The notes under the pieces were generated by a model. That model searched no databases and was not told the origin of the DNA. It saw only the letters and a list, made by a program, of their open reading frames with translations. From NCBI GenBank assembly GCA_026770705.1, contig JANJGN010000027.1, forward strand, positions 34,472,001 through 34,536,000: 64,000 nucleotides of DNA, in the 5' to 3' direction. This DNA comes from Isurus oxyrinchus (lineage: Eukaryota). Below are positions 1 through 11,499 of this stretch, in pieces; positions within the stretch are counted from its first letter, which is position 1, and each line of letters begins with the position of its first letter. The translations under genes and the position numbers were made by a program.

Positions 1-111
1 CGAAACGTCAACTCTTTTCTTCTCCGCCGATGCTGCCAGACCTGCTGAGTTTTTCCAGGTAATTCTGTTTTTGTTTTGGATTTCCAGCATCCGCAGTTTT
101 CTTTGTTTTTA
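1..111 (+). mobile_element. 3' end of PLE terminal repeat (pLTR); window starts inside the hammerhead motif
   Basis: CGAAACGTCAACTCTTTTCTTCTCC...CCAGGTAATTCTG...CAGCATCCGCAGTTTT is nearly identical to 52220-52330, the 3' end of the RT/GIY-YIG element. Confidence 0.85.
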
Positions 112-1269
112 TCCATTTGTTTTATTGTTCGCTGTGTTTCCAATTGAAACTTTTTTTGGCGTAATTGTTGCTGCTGTTTCTATAGAAAACACATAGCAAG
201 TTCCCTTTGATACTTTCAGCAACATTAAACATGGTATCAGCTCCATGTAATCATACATTAGAAACCAGGAAGGTCTGCCTACCACTCCCTCACCAACCAC
301 CCCCCAACCACCCCTCCCAGCTCTGCGGCACAACCATTCAAACAGGGAATAAATGATTTCTTTTACCACTTTAATGAAAATCTTGTAAAGTTTGAGCTTG
401 GCAGTCACTGCTTGTTGGCGAGACAATTCAGAGTGAATGTGAATGTGTATGTTTCACAGGGGACATTCCCATTCTTATCTGGATTGGATGGAACCCATTA
501 CACAAGGTTAAAATATGACTTTTGCACACTAGGGATAAACAAATTCCAAGTTTATAATTGGCTGAGAGCAGGTACAGTTCCCCTGTCTGTGTTCATGTGT
601 CTGCTTACATGTGTGTCTATGTATGAGCGTGGGCCTGTTTGAGTGAGCATGCATGTGTGTATATTTGTGTGCACGCATATGTTTGTGTGCCGGTGTGCTT
701 GTGCATTTCTGTGCGTGTCTGCGTATGCGTGTGCTTGTGTGGAAGAATCATGGGGAGGATAGACTGTGTTTATATGGCAATGAAAGCTAATTGTTGATTA
801 TGTTTTTTCTGGGCTGTGTTGTACCACTGGTAGAAAACAGATGGCGTTCTGGAAAATCCGATGTTTCAGATTGAGGACTGGAAAGTTTTTTATGTCTGAA
901 GACAACTACCGCTGAATCAGTCTACCCTACATCTTCATGAAAATGAAGGAAGGTTTCATAAAAAGGGGGCCCATGCGACACGTGCTTGGCAGGAAACTTC
1001 TTTGTCATGAACAGTTTAGGTTTGGGTGGTTCGTTTAGCTTCTATGCTCAATAAGGCTTTGGATCAATCATGGACAACAGAGCTGAAATCCTAAGCTGAT
1101 CTGATAGTGGCTGCCTTCACGTCAAAGCAATATGTGATTGAGTTTTACATCAAGAGTCCAAGGAAAACTTGGATAATTAGGAATAAAGAGAATACACTCG
1201 CAGCAGATTGGCGTAAAAACTAGTACACGGGAATATGGTTGCGGTTGTTCGGGGTCATGCACTTCATTC

Positions 1270-4235
1270 CTAGGGCATCACTGCAGAAGCTCATTTGGGT
1301 AGTTCCCTCGGCCCAGCCATCATCCGCTTCTTCATCAATGGCCTTCCATTGAACGGAAGGTCGCAAGTGAGGATGTTCACTCATCATTGGACAATTCCCT
1401 GCACCATTCACAACTCCTCAGATACTCAAACTGTACATGTCTAAATGCAGGAAGTCCTAGACAATAGCCACTCGTGGGCTGACATGTGGCAATTAGCATT
1501 CGCACAGGCCAAGTGACAGTAAAATACCATTCCCCCATAAGACCAAAAGACCATCAAACAATAAGGCATAGGAGCAGAAATTAGGTCATTCGGCCCATCG
1601 AGTCTACTCCAAAATTCAATCATGGCTGATAGGTTTCTTAACCCCATTCTCCCGCCTTTTCCCCATAACCTTTGACCTCCTTACCAATCAAGAACATATA
1701 TATCTCAGTTTTAAATACACTCAATGTCCTCGCCTCCACAGCCTTCTTTGGTAATGAATTCCATAGATTCACAATTTTCTGGCTAAAGAATTTTCTCCTC
1801 ATCTCGGTTCTGAAAGGTCTTCCCTTTACTCTGAGGCTGTGCCCTCCGGTCCTAGTCTCTCCTACTAATGGAAGCATCTTCCCCACCTCCACTTTATCCA
1901 GCTCTTCCAGTATTCTGTAAGTTTCAATCAGAACCCCGCTCATCCTTCTAAACTCTATCGAGTATAGACCCAGAGTCCTCAAACGTTCCTCATATGTTAA
2001 GCCTTTCATTCCTAGGATCATTCTTGTGAACCTCCTGTGGATCCTCTCCAGGGCCAGCACATCCTTCCTGAGATAGGGGGGCCAAAATTGCTTACAATAT
2101 GTTGAATGTGTTCTGACCAGAGCTTTATAAAGCCTCAGCAGCACTTCCCTGCTTTTATATTCTAGTCCTCTCGAAATAAACTCCAACATTGCAATTGCCT
2201 TCCTAACTACCGTGTCAACCTGCAAGTTAACTTTAAGAGAATCCTGGACGAGGACTCCCAAGTCCAATTGCACTCCAGAATTCTGAATTATCTCCTCATT
2301 TAGAAAATAGTCTATTCCTCTATTCTTCCCACCAATGTTCATGACCTCACTCGTCCCCACATTGTATTCCATCTGCCACTTCTTTGCCCATTCTTCTAAC
2401 CTGTTCAAATCCTTCTGCAGCCTCCCCGACTCCTCAAAACTACCTATCCCTCCACCTATCATTGTATCATGTGCAAACTTAGCCAGGATTACCTCAGTTC
2501 ATTCACCTAGCTCACTAATGTATAAAGTGAAAAGTTGTGGTACCGACACAGACCCCTGCGGAACTCCGCTAGTCACCAGCCACCATCCTGAGAAGGACCC
2601 CCTTATCCTCTCTCTCTTCCTCCTGCCAGACAGCCAATCTTCTATCTATGCTAGTACCTTGCCTCTAACACCATGGGCTCTTAACTTACTGAGCAGCCTC
2701 CTGTGTGGCACCTTGTCAAAGGTCTTCTGTAAGTCCAAGTAGATAACATCCAATAGTTCCCCGTTGTCTAACCTACTCATTCCCTGCTCAAATAATTATA
2801 ACAGACCTGTCAGGCATGAAATCCCCTTGATGAAACCATAATGACTTTGCACGATTTTACCATGCAGCTCCAAGTATTCTGAAATCTCATCCTTAATAAT
2901 GGACGCTAAAATCTTACCAACGACCGAGGTCACGCTAATCAACCTGTAATTTCCCGTCTCTTGCCTCACTCCCTTCATAAACGGGTGGGGGGGGGGGGGG
3001 GCGGAGAGCGTTACATTTGCGATTTTCCAGTCCGCTGGGACTCTCCCTGTCTCCACTGATTCCTGAAAGATCACCACTAATGCCTCCACTATCACTTCAG
3101 CTATCTCCTTCAACACTCTGGGGTGATTTATACTCCTTTAGACTTTTTAGTTTTCTAAGCACTTTCTCCTTGGAAATGGCCACCATACTCACCTTTGACC
3201 CCCGACTCTCTCGAACTTTGGCTATGTCACTCGTGTCTTGCACTGTGAAGACTGACGCAAAGTTCCTATTCAGTTCCTCCCCCAAATTGTTTGTTCCCCA
3301 CTACTACTTCTCTAGTGTCAATTTCCAATGGCCTAATGTCAACATTTGCTTCTCTCTTACTCTTTATATGTATAAAATACTCTTGCAATATTATTTTATA
3401 TTACTGGCTAGTTTATCCTGATATTTAATCTTCTCCCTCCTTATTTCTTTGTTAGTTGTCCTCTGTTGGTCTTTGAAGGATTCCCAATCCCCTGATTCCC
3501 TATTCCTCCTCGCCACAATCTAACCAGCAATCTAACCAACACCCCATGACATTCAATGGAATAACCTCCTTTGAATCCACCACGATCAACGTCTTGAGCC
3601 AACCATTGTCCAGAATCTCAACTCAGCTCGCCATATAAAGATTGTGGCTATAAAAGCAAGTCAGAGCTTAGGAACCCGGTGGTAAGCAACTCACCCCTTT
3701 TCTCCCCAAAATCTGTCCATTATCGAAAATGCACTCTCAGGGATATGATTGAATCCTCTCTATTTGACTTGGCAAGTGCACCTCCAACAAAAAACAAGAA
3801 CCTTGTAAACCTACAGGGCTGCTTGATTGGCACCCCTTAAACAAATATTCACTCACTGCACTGTCGATGAACAGTTGCAGCTTGAATACCATCTACATGG
3901 TGCACTGCAGAATCTCACTAAATCCGCTTGGAAGGCACATTCTGAAGCAGCGCAACCACCAATCCAGAAGGACAAGGTTATCAATAAATGGGATCACCAC
4001 CACCTGGAATTTCCCTCAAAGCCACTCGCCTTTCAGGCATGGAAATGTATCGCCCTTCCTACTGTCATGCTGAATCAAAATTCTGGATATCTCTGCCAAT
4101 CAGTACTGTGCGAGTTTTTACACCAAAGCCACTGCATCACTTCTAGAAGTGAGTTTATGACCACATTCTCAGGAACATTGAGGACAGGCAAAAAACGCTG
4201 GCTGAGCCAATGACGGCCATACCACCAGATGAATA
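1270..4235 (+). mobile_element. Old CR1-group LINE RT/3' fragment, split by a younger antisense CR1 insertion (about 1536-3515)
   Basis: 1270-1535 and 3520-4235 are collinear with the uninterrupted copy at about 20600-21965 (e.g. GACATTCAA; similar 3' tail). Boundaries approximate. Confidence 0.6.
1536..3515 (-). mobile_element. CR1-like LINE, 5'-truncated ORF2 (RT) with frameshifts
   Basis: ORFs 2796-3116 (VPADWKIANVT, NYRLISVTSVVGKIL) and 1638-2462 (LQKDLNRLEEWAKKWQMEYN, LYKALVR, WNSLP) are typical CR1 ORF2 motifs; short-repeat tail at about 1536-1570. Confidence 0.9.
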
Positions 4236-4272
4236 AAATTATATTGTCTAACCACAATAGGAGCATATATCA

Positions 4273-4479
4273 TAAAACAGAAACAGAATTACCTGGAAAA
4301 ACTCAGCAGGTCTGGCAGCATCGGCGGAGAAGAAGAGAACAGAATTCTTTTGCAGGGTCATCAGAACTCTAAACGTCAAGTCTTTTCTTCTCTGCCAATG
4401 GTGCCAGACCTGCTGAGTTTTTTTTCCAGGTAATTCTGTTTTTGGTTTGGATTTCCAGCATCCGCAGTTTTTTGTTTTT
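4273..4479. mobile_element. Non-autonomous PLE pLTR insertion made of two inverted pLTR pieces, with 11-bp TSD
   Basis: 4273-4336 is a minus-strand pLTR piece and 4343-4479 a plus-strand piece with a decayed hammerhead; direct repeat AGCATATATCA at 4262-4272 and 4480-4490. Confidence 0.85.
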
Positions 4480-4699
4480 AGCATATATCAAGTCTTGCTT
4501 TGTGCCGGCGCCATTATGACTGAATGTTAAAGCAGATCTAATACATTAGTCACATGTGGGCAGGTGATTGAAGGAATTATCAGAAGTAATAATCTACTCG
4601 GAGCTCAATGGCAGGAGGAGGAGCAGTCGGGGTTCTCCCTGGAGGAGGACAATAAAACAATTTAGGAATGTCTTTAAAGCAGCCCTGGAAGTGATACAG

Positions 4700-4950
4700 T
4701 AACCACTTCACTTATCTTAAATCTATGGTTTGCAGCAACCCACCAAACCCATATCTGTAGAAACCAAGTCGAGACTCCAGATGGAGCGCAAAACCTTCCG
4801 AACAACCTTTCTTCTGGACCATTCAAGCAGCGCATGTCCCATTTGTGACAGAATCTGCAGATCATTGATTAGACTATTAACCATTTCTGAAACGATCTAA
4901 GTAGAGAGGAAGAAAGTCACCAACATTCGTGAACGACAGGCTGATAATGT
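4700..4950 (+). mobile_element. RTE-clade LINE 3' fragment
   Basis: About 4830-4890 translates as ACPICDRICRSLIRLLTI, resembling the C-terminal CxxC..GL.SH motif of RTE/BovB ORFs, followed by a short 3' UTR. Confidence 0.5.
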
Positions 4951-4969
4951 GAATAAAGCTCTATCTCTC

Positions 4970-5095
4970 CCAGAGTGCACAGATCAACGCCAGCACTCTC
5001 TGCTGTGGGGACATCATCATGACCGCGGCCCAGCAGCCAGTAGCCGCCCTGTGAATGAGTACCTACAGTCTCAGCATCGTCATAATCGCCCAGAG
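4970..5095 (-). CDS. Exon C of a scavenger-receptor-like (CD163/WC1/SCART-type) cytoplasmic tail; donor appears mutated
   Basis: Acceptor TTCTTTCTTCCTCCCAG, phase 1; (A)LGDYDDAETVGTHSQGGYWLLGRGHDDVPTAESAGVDLCTL; followed by G|GAGAGAT, one change from GTGAGAT; read-through stops at TGA 4919-4917. Confidence 0.55.
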
Positions 5096-5607
5096 CTGGG
5101 AGGAAGAAAGAATTTTCATTTAATTCAATAGCTATGATTGAACAGTTAGAATGATATTGATATGTGTCAATCTACGAAACGTTAGAGGACAGGACACTGA
5201 TCCTATGGCAGGTACAGGGGAAAGGAGCTTACAGCGTCGAAAATTATTGGGACAAGTTACTTCACAGTATTTTAAATTCTGATTTGAAGTCACGTGTCCC
5301 AAAGAATCAATGACAACACCAACATGAACGCACCCATCATATTTCTATGCCTAATGGGGATTTTGCTGAATCTAATGAACTGATGTCAATTTCATCCATT
5401 GATATGACTTGGTTATGTCGAATTACATTGTTTCAGCTTGAAAGAATTCGAGGGAATTTTGTAATTAAAATCATTCTGTGATACACGGCATCATTGGCTG
5501 TGCAATCAAATCTTGCATACGGTTTTATTCATGCTTCATCTTCTGTTGTTAATAACACTGAGTGTGAATGTTTAAAGCCAGATAGTAAGAAACAAAATTC
5601 TACCCAC

Positions 5608-5718
5608 CCTTAATACTGGAGCAGTCCCCTTCAGGCTTTTGCGATCCAGGACCTTTGTCAATCAGACTGTCACTTGTGTAACATTCGAAGTGATTGAGGG
5701 AGTCAATGGAAGCAGAAA
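5608..5718 (-). CDS. Exon B of the same cytoplasmic tail (111 nt, phase 1-1)
   Basis: Acceptor CCCCCTGTTTAACAG, donor G|GTGGGT; (V)SASIDSLNHFECYTSDSLIDKGPGSQKPEGDCSSIK; joins in frame to exons A and C. Confidence 0.6.
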
Positions 5719-7284
5719 CTGTTAAACAGGGGGTGGTATTTCGAGCAATTATTTCAGTCATTTTAGTATCATCACGGTGTTGAAGGGTGCAGCCCATCGG
5801 AGTAGAGATGACAATAATTAATGATTCACGGAGACTTGTCCGGGAACATGTTACCATACTCAGTAAGGTAACATTCATTTTGCCACGTGGACTGGAGTAT
5901 TTGAAGGGGAAGCTGCAGTATTAGCTTTTCAGTGCATCCAAAGATGGAAAATAAGTAATCCTGATGTTCTCACGAAAGCAGCACAATAGAAAATGGGCCA
6001 ATAGGCGTAGTTGTCTGATCCACAATTCATTCCCCTTCCCACAAATACAACCGTCCTTCATTTCCATAGACATTAAATCTGCCCCAAGTGACTGTGCAGA
6101 ATGGAATCCATAGGCAATGAACTCAAAGAGGGGTCAAAACATAATTTGATTTTTTTCCCAGCATTTTTGGATAATGTTCACTCCTAAACAAGGTTACCAT
6201 CTATATAAATTGCGTTGAGACGTAACCCCTGCCCCTATTTATGTTTAACAATATGCTGACCAGGACATTAAATGACACTACCAATGTGCTCAAACCTATG
6301 TCCTTTCGAGGTTCGCCATTACCATTTCACTAATTAAGTCCATCTTTCTAGAATTACCATGTTGTCCATAGTTCAGCTTTTGACAGCCTTATCATTCTGC
6401 ATCGATTTTAAATTAGTTTGTGATTATTTGATCTCCCTGAACGCTTGCGTTCCTCCCTTTTACTCATTCATTTCACTTCAGTGTTACAGTTGGCAAATTA
6501 AATTTGTATATTACATTTCAAATTGTAATTAATCAAAATTACTTAGGAGATGATATATTTTCCAAACGTATATCCATTCTGGAAAATTATTAATGTTTTT
6601 TTTAAATTCGCTTCCATACATGCCAGTCCACAATAATTTGCTCAATCATTAAGTTTTGAAAAAAAAATGTTTGATTTCAAAGTCCAAATCATTCTGGTAA
6701 ACTTTGAACAAACGTGATCCCAGCAAGGACGCATGTAGAAAGCCCATTCCCACTTGTGGATTAATACACCATTCCCGCTCTGTTTCCTCTCTTTCTCGGC
6801 AGCTGGCAACCCATTTTCCGTGGTTTCACTTGACTCCAGGTAAATGAAAAGAAAACGAGGATCCGGTATTTTTGATGACCACCAAGTGCCCAAACCTCCT
6901 TGCACCTCATGAATCACTCGTGTTCCATTGTAATGATGGATACACGGGAACCATGACAGGCAATTTCTTAACAACATTGTGACTAGGGGCAACCAACGCG
7001 TTTTGATCATTCACAGGCAATCTGATTTTGTGATTTTGCTCAAGGGATATATAATAAACAGTATACCAACGGCAACATTCAAGTATTCGTCAGCATCGTC
7101 AATGTGCATTTTATGTCCCCAGGAGACAGCAGGATGCTTAAACATCTTCTCTGAAGGACAACAATGCCAAGAGGGCATCACTCGATCAATTCTGCATCGG
7201 AGTGTCTGCCTTGATATTTCTTATTAAGTTCGGGTGTGGAACTCGATCCCTTTAGATATTGAGCCAGAGACAATTTTGAGGCCA

Positions 7285-7488
7285 TAAAAACAAAAAAAAC
7301 TGCGGATGCTGGAAATCCAAAACAAAAACAGAATTACCTGGAAAAACTCAGCAGCTCTGGCAGCATCGGTGGAGAAGAAAAGAGTTGACGTTTCGAGTCC
7401 TCATGACCCTTCGACAGAACTAGGTGAATCCCAGGAAGGGTTGAAATATAAGCTGGTTTAAGGTTGGGGGGGTGGGGGTGGTGGTGAG
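7285..7488 (-). mobile_element. Solo PLE pLTR insertion (about 204 bp) with intact hammerhead motif and 18-bp TSD
   Basis: Matches the reverse complement of about 52130-52330; perfect direct repeat GAGACAATTTTGAGGCCA at 7267-7284 and 7489-7506. Confidence 0.9.
7383..7421 (-). ncRNA. Minimal type I hammerhead ribozyme motif (PLE-associated, CUGUCGA core variant)
   Basis: AGUU-CUGUCGA-A-GGGUC-AUGAG-GACUC-GAAAC-GUC-AACU: stem I AGUU/AACU, stem II GGGUC/GACUC, palindromic ACGU stem III, GUC triplet. Confidence 0.7.
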
Positions 7489-8908
7489 GAGACAATTTTG
7501 AGGCCACCTGGGCAGGATATGAAAGTTATGCACTCGCCTTATGCTTGGATATATCAATTGGAAGTTTCCAAAAAATTTTGAGTATCTAGAAAATGTATGT
7601 TTTCGCTGCTAAACTTATGAACCCTATTATCTTTTTTCAAGATGTTGATGAGTTTCACTGCGTGAGATCCCATTATGAAGTCCTTACTGTTTGTAACTTA
7701 CGTTGTTTGAACCGTAGATGTTCTTGTTTCCTCCTTAGTGGTCATTATATTAGTTATTCTCCCACAAATCTTCATTTGTCTGAACATTCGTCCCGGGACA
7801 TTTCCCTTCTCATTGCTTAAACGTTGTTTAAATGTACGTTATCCACCAGGAGTCTGGCACTGCATCCTCTTGAATTGAATTGGTTAATGACTGAATTGGT
7901 GCCTCTGCTATCTTATTGCATTATTCTAATATCAATAAATGCACACTATTATTACCAGGCCTTCTGTCATTTGAGTTTGATGAGTTTTTTTGTTACTGTT
8001 CTTCTTATTATTTTAAATACAAATATATTACTCCTAACTGAATTTTCCAAAGTATATTTTGTATCTGGCAAATACTAAAGACATGTGATTGAGTAATATT
8101 TCTGCTATGTTATGGATGTTGACACTTAATTTACTGTATTCCTTATGGAAATATGGTCATGCTATTCTGACCTGCCTTATTTTGAGGCTGAAGAACATGG
8201 CACTATTTTTGTTAACGTTCCATGGTCATTTCATTTATTCGTGTTTATTATCTCCATGATTATAATTGTCACCGCTCTTCCTATTCTCCCTTGTCCTGCT
8301 TTGTCACCCTGCTACTTCACATCAATGTTTTTCAACCCCATACATATTGTTATTTTATTTTTCCAATTGCGGTTATTATCAATAGTTTGCCCCAGTTTTT
8401 AACATGTTCCTGTTATTTATTGAAATATATTTTCTTGGATTTGGTTCAAAATAGTTTGAATGCCACCTTTTACCATTAAAGATTTAGATCATGTTGTTGG
8501 ATAAATTATTCCCAAGTGTAATTTTCTGCCCCCAAGATCAAGCGCCATCTGGACTTTCACAACTAATGTTAGTGGATTATATTTTCTATTCGATCACCCG
8601 CTCTCTGGATAGCTAATTCAAATAGGAATCTAATGGAGTCGTTTTGCAGCGCTGTGTGAACTTAGAAACAGATATTTTCATTGTTTTTTTTCATCCAAAT
8701 GGCAAAAGAATCCTTTGAGCAACGCGGAACAGTGGATGCTTGGAAAAATTTATTCATCTTCTGACATAACAGACTGAGATTGGAACTTTAATTTGAGGAA
8801 AATGAGCGAAATGCCCTCCGTACCCATTGTTTTCTGTATGTTATAAAGAGAGCAAATGGAAATGGAATTTGCCCAGAATGGATTGGCTTTACAATGGAAA
8901 TTACAAAC

Positions 8909-9016
8909 CTGAGCCAGGAGTCATAGCGGAATCTTTGACAGGTGGAACATCCTCAATTTCTTCATAAGTTGCTTGATCCAATTCATTCAGTGAAACCAAA
9001 TGGCCAGTAAGGGAGC
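8909..9016 (-). CDS. Exon A of the scavenger-receptor-like cytoplasmic tail (108 nt, phase 1-1), YEEI motif
   Basis: Acceptor CCTTCCCTCCATCAG, donor G|GTTTGT; SLTGHLVSLNELDQATYEEIEDVPPVKDSAMTPGS. Confidence 0.6.
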
Positions 9017-9187
9017 CTGATGGAGGGAAGGCGCGGAGATTATTTTTTTTGGTTTTTATCCGAGTTAAACAGCAAACCATTAGTAAATAAAAACACAGCA
9101 CCAAAGGTGACAGTCAGTGGAGAAAACCGGTAAGCAAATGTTAAGGATTTTTTGCAAAGTTAAGGGATCTATATATTTCCTTGTCGT

Positions 9188-9494
9188 TGTGTGTGTGTGT
9201 NNNNNNNNNNNNNNNNNNNNNNNNNNNNNNNNNNNNNNNNNNNNNNNNNNNNNNNNNNNNNNNNNNNNNNNNNNNNNNNNNNNNNNNNNNNNNNNNNNNN
9301 NNNNNNNNNNNNNNNNNNNNNNNNNNNNNNNNNNNNNNNNNNNNNNNNNNNNNNNNNNGTACTTTGTGTCTGTGTGTGAATTGAGAAAGAGATAGAGAGA
9401 TAGGCGATGTGTGTTTTTGTGTGTCTGGGAATGCATTGAGAGAGAGAGAGAGAGAGAGATAGGGGTTGTGTGTATCTGTGTATCTCTGCGTCTC

Positions 9495-9525
<31 letters not shown>

Positions 9526-10640
9526 TAGAGAGAGACAGAGAGAGGTGGTGGGTGTTTCTCTGTGTCAGTCCATGTGTGTGTTCGAGACAGAGAGGAAGAG
9601 TGATAGGGTTTGTGTGTTTCTGTGCATCTGTGAATGCATTGAGAGAGAGAGAGATAGGGGGATTGTGTCTCTGTGTATCTCTGCGTCTGTGTGTGTGTAT
9701 GTTAGAGAGAGAGAGAGGCGGGGGGAGAGAGATTACGTGTACATGTATCTGTGTGTGTGTGTGATAGGGAGAGAGAGTGTGCGAGAGATAGATAGAGAGA
9801 GATATTTGTCTGTTTCTGTGTGTCTGTGTATGTGTGTGTGCGTGTGTGTGTTAGAGAGAAATAGAGAGAGATAGAATGTGTGGGTGTGTTTCTGTCTTTC
9901 TGTGTGTGTGTGTTTGTTTTCCAGAGAGAGAGAATGCGAGAGAGATAGAGAGATATGTTGTGCGTATTTACTCTATGTCTCTGCCTGTGTGTGTTAGAGA
10001 GAGAGGCGCTGTGTGTTAATCTGTGTCTGTTTTTGTGTATTAGAGAGATAGAGAGCGTGAGAGAGAAATAGGACTGGGTATTTCTCTGTGTCTGTGCATG
10101 TGTGTGTTAGAGACACAGAGAGAGAGAGATAGGGTGTGTGTTTCTGTGTGTCTGTTTGTGTGTTAGTGAGAGAGAGAGATAGTGGGGGGGTGTTTCTCTG
10201 TGTCTGTGTGAGTGTTAGAGAGATAAAGAGAGAGAGAGCGAGAGAGTGAAAGAGAGTGTATGTTTGTATTTCTGTGTGTCTGTGTGTGTGTGTTAGTGAG
10301 AGGGAGAGAGAGATAGGCCTGGTGTGTTTCTCTGTGTCTGTGTTTGTGTGTGTTATAGAGAGACTGAGAGAGAGATAGGGTGTGTGTGTTTCAGTGTGTC
10401 TGTGTGTGTGTTAGGGAGATAAAGAGAGAGAGAGAGATAGACGGATATTGCAGGTGTGTGTTTCTCTGTGTCTGTGTATGTGTGCGTGTGTCAGAAAGAG
10501 AGAGAGAGAGAGAGTGACCGAGAGAGAGAGATAGAGAGAGAGAGAGAGACGGTGGGTATTTCTCTGTGTCGGTGCATGTGTGTGTTCGAGACAGAGAGAT
10601 AGGGCGTGTGTGTTTCTGTGTGTGTGTGTGTTTGTGTCCT

Positions 10641-10671
<31 letters not shown>

Positions 10672-11460
10672 GGCATGGTGTGTTTCTCTGTGTATGTGTG
10701 TTTGTAAGAGAGAAAGAGAGATGGAGGGGGGTGTTTCTCTGTGTCGGTGGAAGTGTGTGTCTGTGCGTGTTAGAGAGAGAGAGAGTTAAAAATATGGTGT
10801 GGGTGTGTTTCTGTCTGTCTGCGTTTGTGTTTGAGAGAGAGATAGGGAGTCTGTGTTTCTGTGTGTCTGCGCATATGTGCGTGTGTGCGTGTTAGAGAGA
10901 GAGATAGAGAGAGGATGTGGGTGTGTTTCTGTCTTTCTGTGTCTCTGTTTGAGAGAGAGAGAGAGAGAGAGATGGGGGGTGTTTCTGTGTGCCTGTCTAT
11001 GCTTTGAGTGAGAGAGAGACAGATAGGGGGCTTGTGTTTCTGTGTGTCTGTTTGTGTGTATGATTGAGAGAGATTGAGATAGATAGATTGAGTGTGTGTG
11101 TTTCTGACTGTCTGTATATGCATTGAGAGAGAGAGAGAGATAGTGGATATTTGTTTCTGTGTGTCTGAGTACGCATCGCGAGTAAGAGAGAAAGAAATAG
11201 GCGAAACGTGTTTCTGTGTATCTGTGCATCTGTGTGTGTGTGCATGTGAGAGACAGAGAGAGAGAGAGAGAGAAGGGGTTTGTGTTTCTATGTGTGTGTG
11301 TGTGTTAGTGTGTTAGAGAGAGAGAGATAGTGGGTGTGTGTTTACTCTGTGCCTCTGTGTGTGTGTGTGCGTGTGTTTGTTTTAGAGAGAGAGAGAGATA
11401 GAGATAGAAATAGGGGCTGGGGGTGTATTTCTCTGTGTCTGTATTTGTGTGTTAGAGATA
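9188..11460. repeat. Compound (TG)n/(AG)n satellite with a unit of roughly 50-70 bp; includes gap 9201-9358
   Basis: Recurrent unit GTGTGTTTCTGTGTGTCTGTGTGTGTG-TTAGAGAGAGAGAG-ATAGGG. Confidence 0.9.
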
Positions 11461-11499
11461 GCGAGTTTGATTTTAGTGATCATTGTACAAGGATAGCCA

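Noticed and set aside
7593-8479. Hydrophobic short ORFs as membrane proteins
   Set aside because: T-rich intronic sequence with no recognisable motif or splice support
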